The position numbers and the translations under genes were made by a program. DNA of 55,183 nt from Acidocella sp. (GTDB lineage: Bacteria > Pseudomonadota > Alphaproteobacteria > Acetobacterales > Acetobacteraceae), in the NCBI RefSeq assembly GCF_028687955.1, contig NZ_JAQTZC010000002.1, positions 1 to 55,183 on the forward strand. The letters are read 5' to 3'. Below, piece by piece: positions 30,215 to 39,709 of the stretch. The notes under the pieces were generated by a model, which did no database searches, was not told the DNA's origin, and saw only the letters and a list, made by a program, of their open reading frames with translations. The stretch's first letter is position 1. Each line of letters begins with the position of its first letter.

Positions 30215-30499
30215 ATGGCCCTGAAGCCGCTTTTATTCGCAACAGCCGTGATTGGATTTGGCGCCGGTCTGTATCATCCGGCGAAGGCCGACAGGGATGG
30301 GCTTGGCGGGCTTGGGTTTTTTTTCAGCATAGCCCCGCCGCCAGTGTATTATGCGCCACCCCCGCCGCGGGTTTATTATGCGCCCCCGCCGCCGCCGCCG
30401 CCGGTGTATTATGCGCCGCCTCCGGTCTACTATCCGCCGCCCGGCTATTATTACGGCGGTGAGCGTCATTATCATGAAGACGATGACGACGACAATTAA
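30215..30499 (+). CDS. Small secreted Pro/Tyr-rich repeat protein
   Basis: Signal peptide ending A-K-A, four VYY(A)PPP repeats and an acidic tail HYHEDDDDDN; GGAG SD. Confidence 0.7.
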   Translation: MALKPLLFATAVIGFGAGLYHPAKADRDGLGGLGFFFSIAPPPVYYAPPPPRVYYAPPPPPPPVYYAPPPVYYPPPGYYYGGERHYHEDDDDDN

Positions 30500-30519
30500 A
30501 CCCTAACCGGCCGCAGGGT

Positions 30520-31593
30520 TTATCTGCCTGTCTGGCCCCGGTGGCGCAACAAATGGTCGGCTAGCACGCAGGCCACCATGGCTTCCCCCACCGGCACGGC
30601 GCGGATGCCGACACAGGGGTCGTGGCGCCCCTTGGTGAACACATCAGCATTTTCTCCAGCGGCGGTCACACTGCGCATCGGCGTGAGGATCGAGCTGGTC
30701 GGCTTCACCGCGAACCGCGCCACAATATCCTGCCCGGTGGCGATACCGCCCAAAATACCCCCGGCATGGTTGGCGAGGAAGGTGATCTTATCGCCCTCCA
30801 TGCGCATCTCATCGGCGTTTTCCTCGCCGCGCAATGCGGCGGCGGCAAAACCATCGCCGATTTCCACACCTTTGACGGCGTTGATGCTCATGAGCGCGGC
30901 GGCGATATCAGCGTCCAGCTTGCCGTAAATCGGCGCGCCCAACCCTGGTGGCACGCCCTGCGCCACCACCTCCAGCACCGCGCCGATGGATGACCCCGCC
31001 TTGCGGATGCCATCCAGAATACCTTCCCATTGCGTGGCGGCCAGCGGGTCTGGGCAGAAAAACGGGTTCTCCTCCACCGTTTCCCAGTTCCAGCGCGCGC
31101 GCTCGATCTCATGCGCACCCAGCGCCACCATCGCGCCGCGGATCACCACCTCAGGCCCCAGCACCTTGCGCGCCACGGCCCCGGCCGCCACGCGCATCGC
31201 CGTCTCGCGCGCCGAGGACCGCCCGCCGCCGCGCGGGTCACGATGGCCGTATTTCATGTCATAGGCCACATCGGCATGGCCCGGCCGGTAGCGCGCCGCG
31301 ATGTTGGCATAATCTTTCGAACGCTGGTCGGTATTCTCGATGAGCAGCGAAATCGGCGTGCCGGTGGTGCGCCCCTCATACACGCCCGAGAGGATTTTCA
31401 CCTGGTCCGGCTCCTGGCGCTGGGTGGTGAAGCGTGATTGCCCCGGCCGGCGCCTGTCCAGAAACGGCTGAATATCAGCCTCTGTCAGTTCAATTCCCGG
31501 CGGGCAGCCGTCCACCACGCAGCCAATCGCCGGCCCGTGGCTCTCGCCCCAGGTGGTGACGCGGAAAAGCTGCCCGAAACTGTTGAACGACAC
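30520..31593 (-). CDS. aroC: Chorismate synthase
   Basis: GESHG, RPGHAD, RSSARET, KPTSS and GRHDPC motifs. Confidence 0.97.
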   Translation of the reverse strand: MSFNSFGQLFRVTTWGESHGPAIGCVVDGCPPGIELTEADIQPFLDRRRPGQSRFTTQRQEPDQVKILSGVYEGRTTGTPISLLIENTDQRSKDYANIAARYRPGHADVAYDMKYGHRDPRGGGRSSARETAMRVAAGAVARKVLGPEVVIRGAMVALGAHEIERARWNWETVEENPFFCPDPLAATQWEGILDGIRKAGSSIGAVLEVVAQGVPPGLGAPIYGKLDADIAAALMSINAVKGVEIGDGFAAAALRGEENADEMRMEGDKITFLANHAGGILGGIATGQDIVARFAVKPTSSILTPMRSVTAAGENADVFTKGRHDPCVGIRAVPVGEAMVACVLADHLLRHRGQTGR

Positions 31594-31596
31594 GGT

Positions 31597-32445
31597 TCAG
31601 CCGAAATCGTTGGCGATGGCCAGGTCCGGCGCGGTCGGATTCTTCATGCCCACGATATGGTAGCCGCAATCCACATGGTGTACCTCGCCGGTCACACCTT
31701 TGGAAAGGTCGGAGAGCATGTACAGCCCCGCGCCGCCGACTTCCTCCAGCTCGATATTACGCTCCAGCGGCGCGTTATACTTGTTCCATTTCATGATGTA
31801 GTTGAAATCGCCGATGCCCGAGGCGGCGAGCGTCTTGATCGGCCCGGCCGAGATCGCGTTTACGCGGATCTGCCGCACGCCGAGGTCGGCCGCCATATAG
31901 CGCACCGATGCCTCCAGCGCCGCCTTGGCGACGCCCATTACGTTATAATGCGGCACCACGCGCTCAGCCCCCAGGTAGGAGAGGGTCAGCAGGGAGCCGC
32001 CATCCTTCATCAAAGCCGCGGCGCGCTGCCCGGCGGCGGCGAAGGAATAGCAGGAGATGTCCATTGCCTGCTGGAACACGGCGCGGGGGGTATCAATATA
32101 GCGCCCGCGCAGAAAGTTTTTGTCCGCGAAGCCGATGGCATGCACCAGAAAGTCGATCTTGCCCCATTTCTCACCCAAAGCGTCGAAGGCGATGTCCATG
32201 GCGCTGTCATCGCTCACATCGCAGGGCAGTAGAAAATCCGTCCCGATGGAATTGGCCAGCGGGCGTACCCGCTTTTCCAGCGCCTCGCCCTGATAGGTGA
32301 AGGCAACCTCGCCCCCCTGCGCGGCCACCGCCTGCGCGATGGCCCAGGCGATCGAGCGGTTATTGGCTACCCCCATGATCAACCCGCGCTTGCCCTGCAT
32401 GAGCGTACCCTTGGGCGGCGAAATCTGGGACTCGGTATCGGGCAT
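31597..32445 (-). CDS. fabI: Enoyl-ACP reductase
   Basis: GVANNRSIAW, YNVMGVAKAALE and SAGPIKTLA motifs. Confidence 0.96.
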   Translation of the reverse strand: MPDTESQISPPKGTLMQGKRGLIMGVANNRSIAWAIAQAVAAQGGEVAFTYQGEALEKRVRPLANSIGTDFLLPCDVSDDSAMDIAFDALGEKWGKIDFLVHAIGFADKNFLRGRYIDTPRAVFQQAMDISCYSFAAAGQRAAALMKDGGSLLTLSYLGAERVVPHYNVMGVAKAALEASVRYMAADLGVRQIRVNAISAGPIKTLAASGIGDFNYIMKWNKYNAPLERNIELEEVGGAGLYMLSDLSKGVTGEVHHVDCGYHIVGMKNPTAPDLAIANDFG

Positions 32446-32674
32446 GGGCGCTATCTCCGTCTGGGCATTCGTATCGGTGCCGGTGGTGGCATTGCAATGT
32501 GATCGTTTTAGGTTGACCCACCCTGGCGTCAACCTCAATCGTAAATTGCTCGCTAACTATCTGATATTTTGCTGATTTCTGTTTGCGATTGTAACGCAAC
32601 CGCGATTCGACGGCGCCCACCCAGGCTCTTACACTATCCGGCGCTTCACAAGCGCATAAATTTGGAGATTCTGC

Positions 32675-33253
32675 ATGGACCAAGACCCGTTTACCAAATT
32701 TGGCACCTGGCTGGCCGCGGCCGAGGCCAGCGAGCCGAACGACCCGAATGCGATGGTCGTGGCCACGGCTTCCGCTACTGGCCGCCCGGCGGCGCGCGTG
32801 TTGCTGCTGAAGGGGTGGGACCGTGCGGGCTTTGTGTTCTATTCCAATCTGGAGTCACGCAAGGCTGATGAAATGCGTGCGAACGCTCAGGTCTCGCTTT
32901 TGTTCCACTGGAAGAGCCTGCGCCGGCAAATCCGCATCGAAGGGCTGGTAACCCAGGTGAGCGCGGCGGAGGCCGATGAATATTTCGCCTCGCGCCCCCG
33001 GGTTTCCAAGCTGGGCGCATGGGCCTCGGCGCAATCGCGCCCGTTACCCTCGCGCGAGGTTTTCGAGGCCAGGCTGGCCGAGGTGGCGGCGCGTTTCCCC
33101 GGCGAGGATGTCCCCCGTCCTGAACACTGGTCCGGCTGGCGCCTGGTCCCCGATTACGTCGAGTTCTGGCAGGACCGTGAATTCCGCCTGCATGACCGTG
33201 AGGTGTTCATCCGCCAGGGCGGCACCTGGCAAACCGGGTTGCTCTACCCTTAA
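32675..33253 (+). CDS. pdxH: Pyridoxine/pyridoxamine 5'-phosphate oxidase
   Basis: RVLLLKG, SRK, RQIRIEG and EFWQ...RLHDR motifs. Confidence 0.96.
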   Translation: MDQDPFTKFGTWLAAAEASEPNDPNAMVVATASATGRPAARVLLLKGWDRAGFVFYSNLESRKADEMRANAQVSLLFHWKSLRRQIRIEGLVTQVSAAEADEYFASRPRVSKLGAWASAQSRPLPSREVFEARLAEVAARFPGEDVPRPEHWSGWRLVPDYVEFWQDREFRLHDREVFIRQGGTWQTGLLYP

Positions 33254-33258
33254 GAGAG

Positions 33259-34116
33259 CTATTCCCGCTTCATCTCCAGCGCCCGGGCATAAATCTGTTT
33301 CTTTGCCAGCCCGGTCGCGGCGGCCACGGCGTTCACTGCATCCTTCAGGCTCATCTGTGCCAGTGCTGCCGCCAGGGCGCCGTCCAGCGTCTCGGCGGAG
33401 GTGGGCTCATCGGGCGCCGGGCCGATCACCAAGGTGATCTCCCCGCGCGCCGCCTGGGTTTGGTAGTGTGCGGCCAACTCCGGCAGAGGGCCGCGCCGGA
33501 CCTCCTCGTAATGCTTGGATAACTCGCGGCACACCGCCGCTGGGCGCGGGCCGAATATCTGCGCGGCATCGGCCAGGAATTCCGCCAGCCGGTGCGGCGC
33601 CTCGTAGAAAATCAGCGTGGCGCTCAGCCCGGCGGCCTCGGCATTGCGCAGCCGGGTGAGGGCGGCCGTGCGCGCGCCGGATTTCACCGGCATGAACCCC
33701 GAGAACAAAAACGGGTGCGGCGGCAGGCCCGAGAGGGTGAGCGCCAGCACCGCCGCGTTCGGCCCGGGAATCCCGCCCACGAGCAATCCCGCCTCAATTG
33801 CTGCGCGCACCAGCCGGTAGCCGGGGTCGGAGACCAGCGGCGTGCCTGCATCCGAGATCAGCGCATAGCGCGCGCCGTTACGCATGGCCTCGACCAGCCC
33901 CGGCACCCGCGACTCCTCGTTATGCTCATGCAGCGCAATCAACCGGGTTTTGATATCCCAGGCACGTAGCAGAACCGCGCTGGTCCGGGTATCCTCGCAC
34001 AGAATCGCGTCAACTCCTGCCAGGGTATCGCGCGCGCGCGGTGAAAAATCTTTAAGGTTGCCGATCGGGGTGGAAACCAGCACAAGAGCGGCGGCTGACG
34101 CGTGTTGCGGCGCCAT
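33259..34116 (-). CDS. rsmI: 16S rRNA (cytidine1402-2'-O)-methyltransferase
   Basis: TPIGNL, CEDTR, SDAGTPLVSDPG, YEAPHR and RELSK motifs. Start uncertain (34116 or 34191). Confidence 0.94.
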   Translation of the reverse strand: MAPQHASAAALVLVSTPIGNLKDFSPRARDTLAGVDAILCEDTRTSAVLLRAWDIKTRLIALHEHNEESRVPGLVEAMRNGARYALISDAGTPLVSDPGYRLVRAAIEAGLLVGGIPGPNAAVLALTLSGLPPHPFLFSGFMPVKSGARTAALTRLRNAEAAGLSATLIFYEAPHRLAEFLADAAQIFGPRPAAVCRELSKHYEEVRRGPLPELAAHYQTQAARGEITLVIGPAPDEPTSAETLDGALAAALAQMSLKDAVNAVAAATGLAKKQIYARALEMKRE

Positions 34117-34133
34117 AGAGAGAGGTTCGGTCC

Positions 34134-35459
34134 TTGGTTCGCAAGTCCTTGGTTCAAAAATATCCGGTTCGCCGTTCGCATCTGCTGTCATCTGGGGCCC
34201 TCCTGGCCACGCTGGCGCTCCTAGGTTGCGCCGGTCAAGCACCGAATTCGCCATATGGCTATAGCCCCACCTTTCTGGGCGCAGGCCCCGCGCCCACGCC
34301 GCTTGCCGCGGCCGGGCCAAGCATAGGCAAGACCAGCGGCAATGTATTGCTGCTTCTGCCGCTCAGCGGTCCGCTCGCGCCCGTAGGCCAGGCTATGGAA
34401 AACGCCGCCAAACTGGTGTTCCCGCAGGGCAGTGCGCCCAGCCTGGATATCCGCGATACCGCCGGCACGCCCGATGGCGCCGCGGCCGCCGCGCAAGCCG
34501 GCATCGCGGCGGGTGACGGCATCATCCTGGGACCGCTGACGGCGGTGGAAACCCGCGCCGTCGCCCCGCTGGCGCAAAATGCTGGCGTTAACATGCTGAG
34601 CTTCAGCAACGACCCCACGCTGGCGCAGCCAGGCATCTGGCCGCTGGGCATCACGCCTGGCCAGCAGGTGCGGCGCGTGGTGCAGGCCGCGGCGGATGCC
34701 GGGCGCACGCAGCTTGCCGCACTGCTGCCCGATTCTGATTTTGGCCACAGCCTGGCCAGCGCCATCAGCGCCGCAACCGCCTCCCTTAGCGAGCCGGCTC
34801 CGCAAATCACCTTCTACCCGCAGGATTTCAACGGCCTGAACCGGGCGGTGAACCAGATGTCGGACTTTGCCGATCGCGGCCAGGGGCTTGAGGACCAGAT
34901 CAAGGCCGCGCAGGATCTCGGTACGCAGGCCGGCCGGCTGAAGGCGCACGAGTTGCAGCACCAGCAGATCCCGCCGCCCAGCTTCAACGCCCTATTCATT
35001 GGCGCCACGGACGGCAACACCCTGGCGGAGCTGGCGAATTTCCTTCCGTATTACGATGTCAACCCGCCGCAGGTGCAATATTTGGGGCCTGAGTTCTGGT
35101 CCACCCTCGCTGCGCAGATGGCGCATCAATCCGTATTCCTCGGCGCGCTGTACGCGGCGCCGGACCCGGCGGCAGCGGCGGCGTTCGACGCCAAATACCA
35201 AACGGCATACGGTAGCGCGCCACCGGCCATCACGGATGTCGCCTTCGATGCCGCGGCACTGGCCAAAATGGCGGCGTCCTCGGGCGGGTACACCAGCACG
35301 GTCCTGACCGCGCCGGCCGGCTTCATCGGCACTGACGGTGTGCTGGTCTTACAGCCGGACGGCCAGGTGCGGCGCGGGCTGGCGGTGTTCAAGATCGCCC
35401 CTGGCGCGCCGGTCATCGCCTCCGCGGCACCCACGCAGCTCAGCCAGCCGGGCAATTGA
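34134..35459 (+). CDS. Penicillin-binding protein activator-like (LpoA/LppC-type) lipoprotein
   Basis: Lipobox LLGC, LLLPLSG and ILGPL motifs of a periplasmic-binding-protein fold; divergent from rsmI. Start uncertain. Confidence 0.8.
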   Translation: MVRKSLVQKYPVRRSHLLSSGALLATLALLGCAGQAPNSPYGYSPTFLGAGPAPTPLAAAGPSIGKTSGNVLLLLPLSGPLAPVGQAMENAAKLVFPQGSAPSLDIRDTAGTPDGAAAAAQAGIAAGDGIILGPLTAVETRAVAPLAQNAGVNMLSFSNDPTLAQPGIWPLGITPGQQVRRVVQAAADAGRTQLAALLPDSDFGHSLASAISAATASLSEPAPQITFYPQDFNGLNRAVNQMSDFADRGQGLEDQIKAAQDLGTQAGRLKAHELQHQQIPPPSFNALFIGATDGNTLAELANFLPYYDVNPPQVQYLGPEFWSTLAAQMAHQSVFLGALYAAPDPAAAAAFDAKYQTAYGSAPPAITDVAFDAAALAKMAASSGGYTSTVLTAPAGFIGTDGVLVLQPDGQVRRGLAVFKIAPGAPVIASAAPTQLSQPGN

Positions 35460-36814
35460 TGTCCGCACAGCCGCTGGACCGGGCGTGGCCGGCCGCGCTT
35501 GCGTTTTTTTTGGCGCTGGCGATTTTGCCGAGCGTGGCATTTGGCCTGCTTGTGGTTGTTGGCGCTTTGCATGTGCTGCCTGCCTTTCTGGCCTGGGCAG
35601 CCTGCACGGGCGTGGCGGCCGGCTTTGGCGTGCTGCTGGGGCGCGACATCATGCTGATGACCGCGCTGGTCCGCGCCCTGCAAACCCGCCCGGAGGATAT
35701 GCCGCGTAACACCTCCTTGCTGGTGCCGGGCATGCGCCTGCTCGGCCAAGAGGCGATCCGCCTGATCCACGCCGAACGCCTCTCTCGCGCGCGCCTGGTC
35801 GCCAGCGCGACCGAGGACCGCGCCTTGGTGGAGCGCCTGCCTGACCCGCTGATGAAGCTGGACACCGCGGGCAATCCGGTTTGGCGTAACGCGAGCGCGG
35901 TGGCGGCCTTCGGCACAGAGACCGCGGCCCTGCTGCGCCACCCCATGTTGCGCACCGCCCTGGCGGATGCCGGGCAGACCAACGCCCCCGTGCGCAGCCG
36001 GTTGACCCTGTCGGTGCCGGTCCCGCGCGACCTTGACGTGACCGTGATCCCCGTGAACGGCCCGGTATATGTGCTGGTGACGGACCGTACCCATGAGCGC
36101 GCGCTGGAGAAGATGCGGGCTGATTTCGTCGCGAACTCCAGCCACGAGCTGCGCACGCCGCTTGCCAGCCTGATCGGCTTCATCGAGACCCTGCGCGGCC
36201 CGGCGGCCGACGACCCGGAGGCGCAGAAGCGTTTCCTGAGCATCATGGCCGAACAGGCGGCGCGCATGCAGCGTGTTATCGGCGACCTGCTCAGCCTCTC
36301 GCGGATCGAAATTTCCGAGCACCAGCCGCCGGAGGAGCTGCTCGATATCCGCCCGCTGCTGGAGCGCATCATCGCCGGGATGGAGCCCATGCTGCATGAA
36401 GATGAGATGCGCCTGGAAGTGGCGATCCCGCCGGACCTGCCTGTCGTCCCCGCCGATGCCGACCAATTGGCTCAGGTGTTCACCAACCTGCTCGACAATG
36501 CGATTAAATACGGCAAACGTGGCGGCTGCATAAAACTGGTGGCGGCGCGCGCCGGCACGGATGCGCGTTTTGCCGCCAATGGCGTGCTGGTGAGCGTAGC
36601 GGACGACGGCGCCGGGATACCTCGCGAGCATATCCCCCGGTTGACCGAGCGTTTCTACCGTGTGGATAAAGGGCGTTCGCGCGCCGTGGGCGGAACCGGG
36701 CTTGGCCTGGCCATCGTCAAGCATGTCATCAACCGCCATCGCGGCCGGCTGGTGATCGACTCGACAGAAGGCCGTGGCACGGTCTTTACCGTCTGGCTGC
36801 CCACGCGAATCTAG
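35459..36814 (+). CDS. phoR: PhoR-like sensor histidine kinase
   Basis: Two TM segments, a PAS-like region, DFVANSSHELRTPL H-box and RLTERFYRVDKGRSR...GTGLGLAIVKH. Confidence 0.85.
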   Translation: MSAQPLDRAWPAALAFFLALAILPSVAFGLLVVVGALHVLPAFLAWAACTGVAAGFGVLLGRDIMLMTALVRALQTRPEDMPRNTSLLVPGMRLLGQEAIRLIHAERLSRARLVASATEDRALVERLPDPLMKLDTAGNPVWRNASAVAAFGTETAALLRHPMLRTALADAGQTNAPVRSRLTLSVPVPRDLDVTVIPVNGPVYVLVTDRTHERALEKMRADFVANSSHELRTPLASLIGFIETLRGPAADDPEAQKRFLSIMAEQAARMQRVIGDLLSLSRIEISEHQPPEELLDIRPLLERIIAGMEPMLHEDEMRLEVAIPPDLPVVPADADQLAQVFTNLLDNAIKYGKRGGCIKLVAARAGTDARFAANGVLVSVADDGAGIPREHIPRLTERFYRVDKGRSRAVGGTGLGLAIVKHVINRHRGRLVIDSTEGRGTVFTVWLPTRI

Positions 36815-36840
36815 ACGGATACGGCTGCACGCCGCGCAGG

Positions 36841-36882
36841 ATGCCCAGTGTGTAATGCCCAGTGGGTAAAGCTCAGTGCGTG
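36841..36882. repeat. Degenerate 14-bp tandem repeat (3 units)
   Basis: ATGCCCAGTGTGTA / ATGCCCAGTGGGTA / AAGCTCAGTGCGTG. Confidence 0.65.
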
Positions 36883-37001
36883 AGGTTTAGCACCAGAACA
36901 AGGCAAAGGGTAAATATGGCAATATACCCGACACCTACCGCAAAGCAGGTCCAACCCCCCAGTGGGTCTCTGTCATGCCGCGAATGTCCTGCCATGACCA
37001 T
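36873..37001 (-). CDS. Putative 42-aa single-pass membrane peptide, absent from the ORF track
   Basis: MVMAGHSRHDRDPLGGWTCFAVGVGYIAIFTLCLVLVLNLTH*. GAAGGA about 9 nt before the ATG and an uncharged hydrophobic C-terminal half. Confidence 0.55.
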   Translation of the reverse strand: MVMAGHSRHDRDPLGGWTCFAVGVGYIAIFTLCLVLVLNLTH

Positions 37002-37172
37002 GGCACATATTCCTTCAATTTCCTCTGGCCCGTGTGCGTTTTTCCGCCTGTTGCCGTACCCATCATACGCCGGGTGCCGAGAAAAAATAAAGAATATTCA
37101 CCGCCGTATGCCTGCAAAGGCCGATGACTTGCCAGCAGCATCGCCGTTGGCGGCCGGGCCCGCTTTCCTGGT

Positions 37173-38231
37173 TTAATCCGGGGTGTCGCTCTCGCCATCA
37201 CCTGTATCGGCGACGAGCAGGGCCTCCGAAATCACCACCGCCTGCTCGCGGATTTTTTTCTCGATGGCGTCCGCCATCTTCGGGTTTTCGCGGAGGAACT
37301 GTTTGGCGTTCTCGCGTCCCTGGCCGATTCGCGTGCTGTCATAGCTGAACCAGGCACCGGATTTCTCCACCACCCCGGCTTTCACGCCCAGGTCCACCAG
37401 CTCGCCCATTTTGCTGATGCCCTCGCCGAACATGATATCGAATTCCACCTGCCGGAATGGCGGCGCCAGCTTGTTTTTCACAACCTTCACGCGGGTGTGG
37501 TTGCCGGTCACTTCCTCGCGGTCCTTGATCGAGCCGGTGCGCCGGATCTCCATGCGGATTGAGGCATAGAACTTGAGCGCGTTGCCGCCCGTCGTCGTTT
37601 CCGGGTTGCCGAACATCACGCCGATTTTCAGGCGGATCTGGTTGAGGAAGATCAGCATGGTGTTGCTGCGCGAGACCGAGCCGGTGATCTTGCGCAGCGC
37701 CTGGCTCATTAGGCGCGCGTGCAGGCCGACATGGCTATCGCCCATCTCCCCCTCAAGCTCGGCGCGCGGCACCAGTGCTGCCACCGAGTCGATCACCAGA
37801 ACATCGATGGAGCCCGAGCGCACCAGCGTATCGGCGATCTCCAGCCCCTGCTCACCGGTATCGGGCTGGGAGATCAGCAGATTGTCGACATCAACCCCCA
37901 GCTTGCGCGCATAGGTGGGGTCCAGCGCGTGTTCCGCGTCAATAAAGGCGCAGGTGCCGCCGCGCTTCTGCGCCTCAGCGATGGCGTGCAGCGCCAGCGT
38001 GGTCTTGCCGGAGCTTTCCGGCCCGTAAATCTCGATCACGCGCCCGCGTGGCAGCCCGCCGATCCCCAGCGCCAGATCCAGCCCGAGCGAGCCGGAGGGG
38101 ATGACATCAATCGCCTCGCCAGTGCCCTTGGCCCCCATGCGCATGATGGAGCCCTTGCCGAAGGCCCGTTCGATCTGCGCCATGGCGGCGTCCAACGCCT
38201 TGTTTTTTTCCATGTCCGGCTTCCTGGTCAT
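37173..38231 (-). CDS. recA: Recombinase A
   Basis: [32 protein letters not shown] and GGNALKFY motifs. Alternative start at 38306. Confidence 0.98.
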   Translation of the reverse strand: MTRKPDMEKNKALDAAMAQIERAFGKGSIMRMGAKGTGEAIDVIPSGSLGLDLALGIGGLPRGRVIEIYGPESSGKTTLALHAIAEAQKRGGTCAFIDAEHALDPTYARKLGVDVDNLLISQPDTGEQGLEIADTLVRSGSIDVLVIDSVAALVPRAELEGEMGDSHVGLHARLMSQALRKITGSVSRSNTMLIFLNQIRLKIGVMFGNPETTTGGNALKFYASIRMEIRRTGSIKDREEVTGNHTRVKVVKNKLAPPFRQVEFDIMFGEGISKMGELVDLGVKAGVVEKSGAWFSYDSTRIGQGRENAKQFLRENPKMADAIEKKIREQAVVISEALLVADTGDGESDTPD

Positions 38232-38363
38232 TGCTGTTTCCCCACCGTCCGACACCGAATCGACTGCCGTCAAACGGCGTTTTGGTCCTGACGCGGGTGC
38301 AACCATAGCGTGTTTTCCTTGGAATGCCAAAATGAAGATCTGAAACGCAGGTTGCCAGGGGTA

Positions 38364-38378
38364 GAACAAAATAGCAAC
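38364..38378. promoter_or_regulatory. LexA (SOS) box, one mismatch
   Basis: GAAC-AAAATAG-CAAC compared with the alphaproteobacterial GAAC-N7-GAAC consensus. Confidence 0.65.
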
Positions 38379-38395
38379 ATTAAAATTAACTTTTC

Positions 38396-38410
38396 GTTCT
38401 CTTTGTGTTC
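38396..38410. promoter_or_regulatory. LexA (SOS) box, perfect
   Basis: GTTC-TCTTTGT-GTTC upstream of recA. Confidence 0.9.
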
Positions 38411-38468
38411 CGCCGGCCGGAAGCCCTCTATTCGGTTTATTCGAACCGGCGGATCAAAGTTTTCCTCT

Positions 38469-39695
38469 CTACAGGCTGCCGCCGCGCCGGCCGATTGCCG
38501 CCCCCAACCGCAGGCGCAGCGAGTTTAGCTTGATGAAACCGGCGGCGTCCTGCTGGTTATAGGCGCCGGCATCGTCCTCGAATGTCACCATCCGCGTTGA
38601 GTAGAGCGAATGCGGGCTTTCGCGCCCGATGACGATCACATTGCCCTTATAGAGCTTCAGCCGCACCGTGCCGGTGACTGAGGCTTGCGACGTGTCGATC
38701 AACGCTTGTAGCATCCGCCGTTCGGGCGAGAACCAGAAGCCGTTATAGATCAGCTCCGCATAGCGGGGCATGATGCTGTCCTTCAAATGCCCGGCCTCGC
38801 GGTCCAGCGTGATGGACTCGATGGCCCGGTGCGCCTGCAACAAGATCGTCCCGCCCGGCGTCTCATACACCCCGCGCGACTTCATGCCGACGAAGCGGTT
38901 CTCCACCAGGTCCAGCCGGCCGATGCCATTGGCCTTGCCGTAGGCGTTCAGGCGCGTGAGGATGGTGGCCGGCGAGAGCGCCTCGCCGTTCAGTTCCACA
39001 GCGTCACCATTGGCGAAGCCGATGGAGATTTCGGTGGGCTGGTCGGGCGCATCCATCGGGCTGATGGTGCGCTGATACACAACCTCCTCCGGTTCCACGG
39101 CGGGATCTTCGAGGATCTTCCCCTCCGAGGAGGAGTGCAGCAAATTGGCATCCACCGAGAACGGCGCTTCACCGCGCTTGTCCTTGGTGATGGGGATCTG
39201 GTTGGCCTCGGCGTATTCGATCAGCCGGGTGCGCGAGGTGAGGTCCCATTCGCGCCAGGGGGCGATCACGCGGATATTCGGGTTCAGCGCGTAATAGCCA
39301 AGCTCGAAGCGCACCTGGTCGTTGCCTTTGCCGGTTGCGCCATGCGCCACCGCATCCGCGCCGACCATCTCGGCGATCTCGATCTGCCGTTGCGCGATGA
39401 GCGGGCGGGCGATGGAGGTGCCGAGCAGATACTGGCCCTCATACACCGCATTGGCGCGGAACATCGGGAAGACGAAATCCTTCACGAAGGTCTCGCGCAG
39501 ATCCTCGATGAAAATCTGCTTGATGCCGAACATCTCGGCCTTGGCGCGGGCTGGCTCCAGCTCCTCGCCCTGGCCGAGATCGGCGGTAAAGGTCACCACC
39601 TCGCACTCATAGGTGTTTTGCAACCAGCGCAGAATGACCGAGGTATCCAGCCCGCCGGAGTAGGCGAGCACAACTTTTTTGACTTTATGTTCCAT
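38469..39695 (-). CDS. argG: Argininosuccinate synthase
   Basis: [23 protein letters not shown] and [11 protein letters not shown] motifs. Confidence 0.97.
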   Translation of the reverse strand: MEHKVKKVVLAYSGGLDTSVILRWLQNTYECEVVTFTADLGQGEELEPARAKAEMFGIKQIFIEDLRETFVKDFVFPMFRANAVYEGQYLLGTSIARPLIAQRQIEIAEMVGADAVAHGATGKGNDQVRFELGYYALNPNIRVIAPWREWDLTSRTRLIEYAEANQIPITKDKRGEAPFSVDANLLHSSSEGKILEDPAVEPEEVVYQRTISPMDAPDQPTEISIGFANGDAVELNGEALSPATILTRLNAYGKANGIGRLDLVENRFVGMKSRGVYETPGGTILLQAHRAIESITLDREAGHLKDSIMPRYAELIYNGFWFSPERRMLQALIDTSQASVTGTVRLKLYKGNVIVIGRESPHSLYSTRMVTFEDDAGAYNQQDAAGFIKLNSLRLRLGAAIGRRGGSL

Positions 39696-39709
39696 GAGGA
39701 CGCCTTGTA

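Noticed and set aside
32583-32599. TTGCG-N7-CGCAA palindrome between fabI and pdxH
   Set aside because: Short and not assignable to a known regulator; could be chance.
34125-34177. Multiple GTTC motifs as an SOS box
   Set aside because: Spacings between successive motifs are 8, 11, 11 and 3 nt rather than 7.
36862-37201. ORF-track ORFs 36862-37176 (+) and 36935-37201 (-)
   Set aside because: No motif, SD or coding-like composition; the 42-aa TM ORF in another frame explains the region better.
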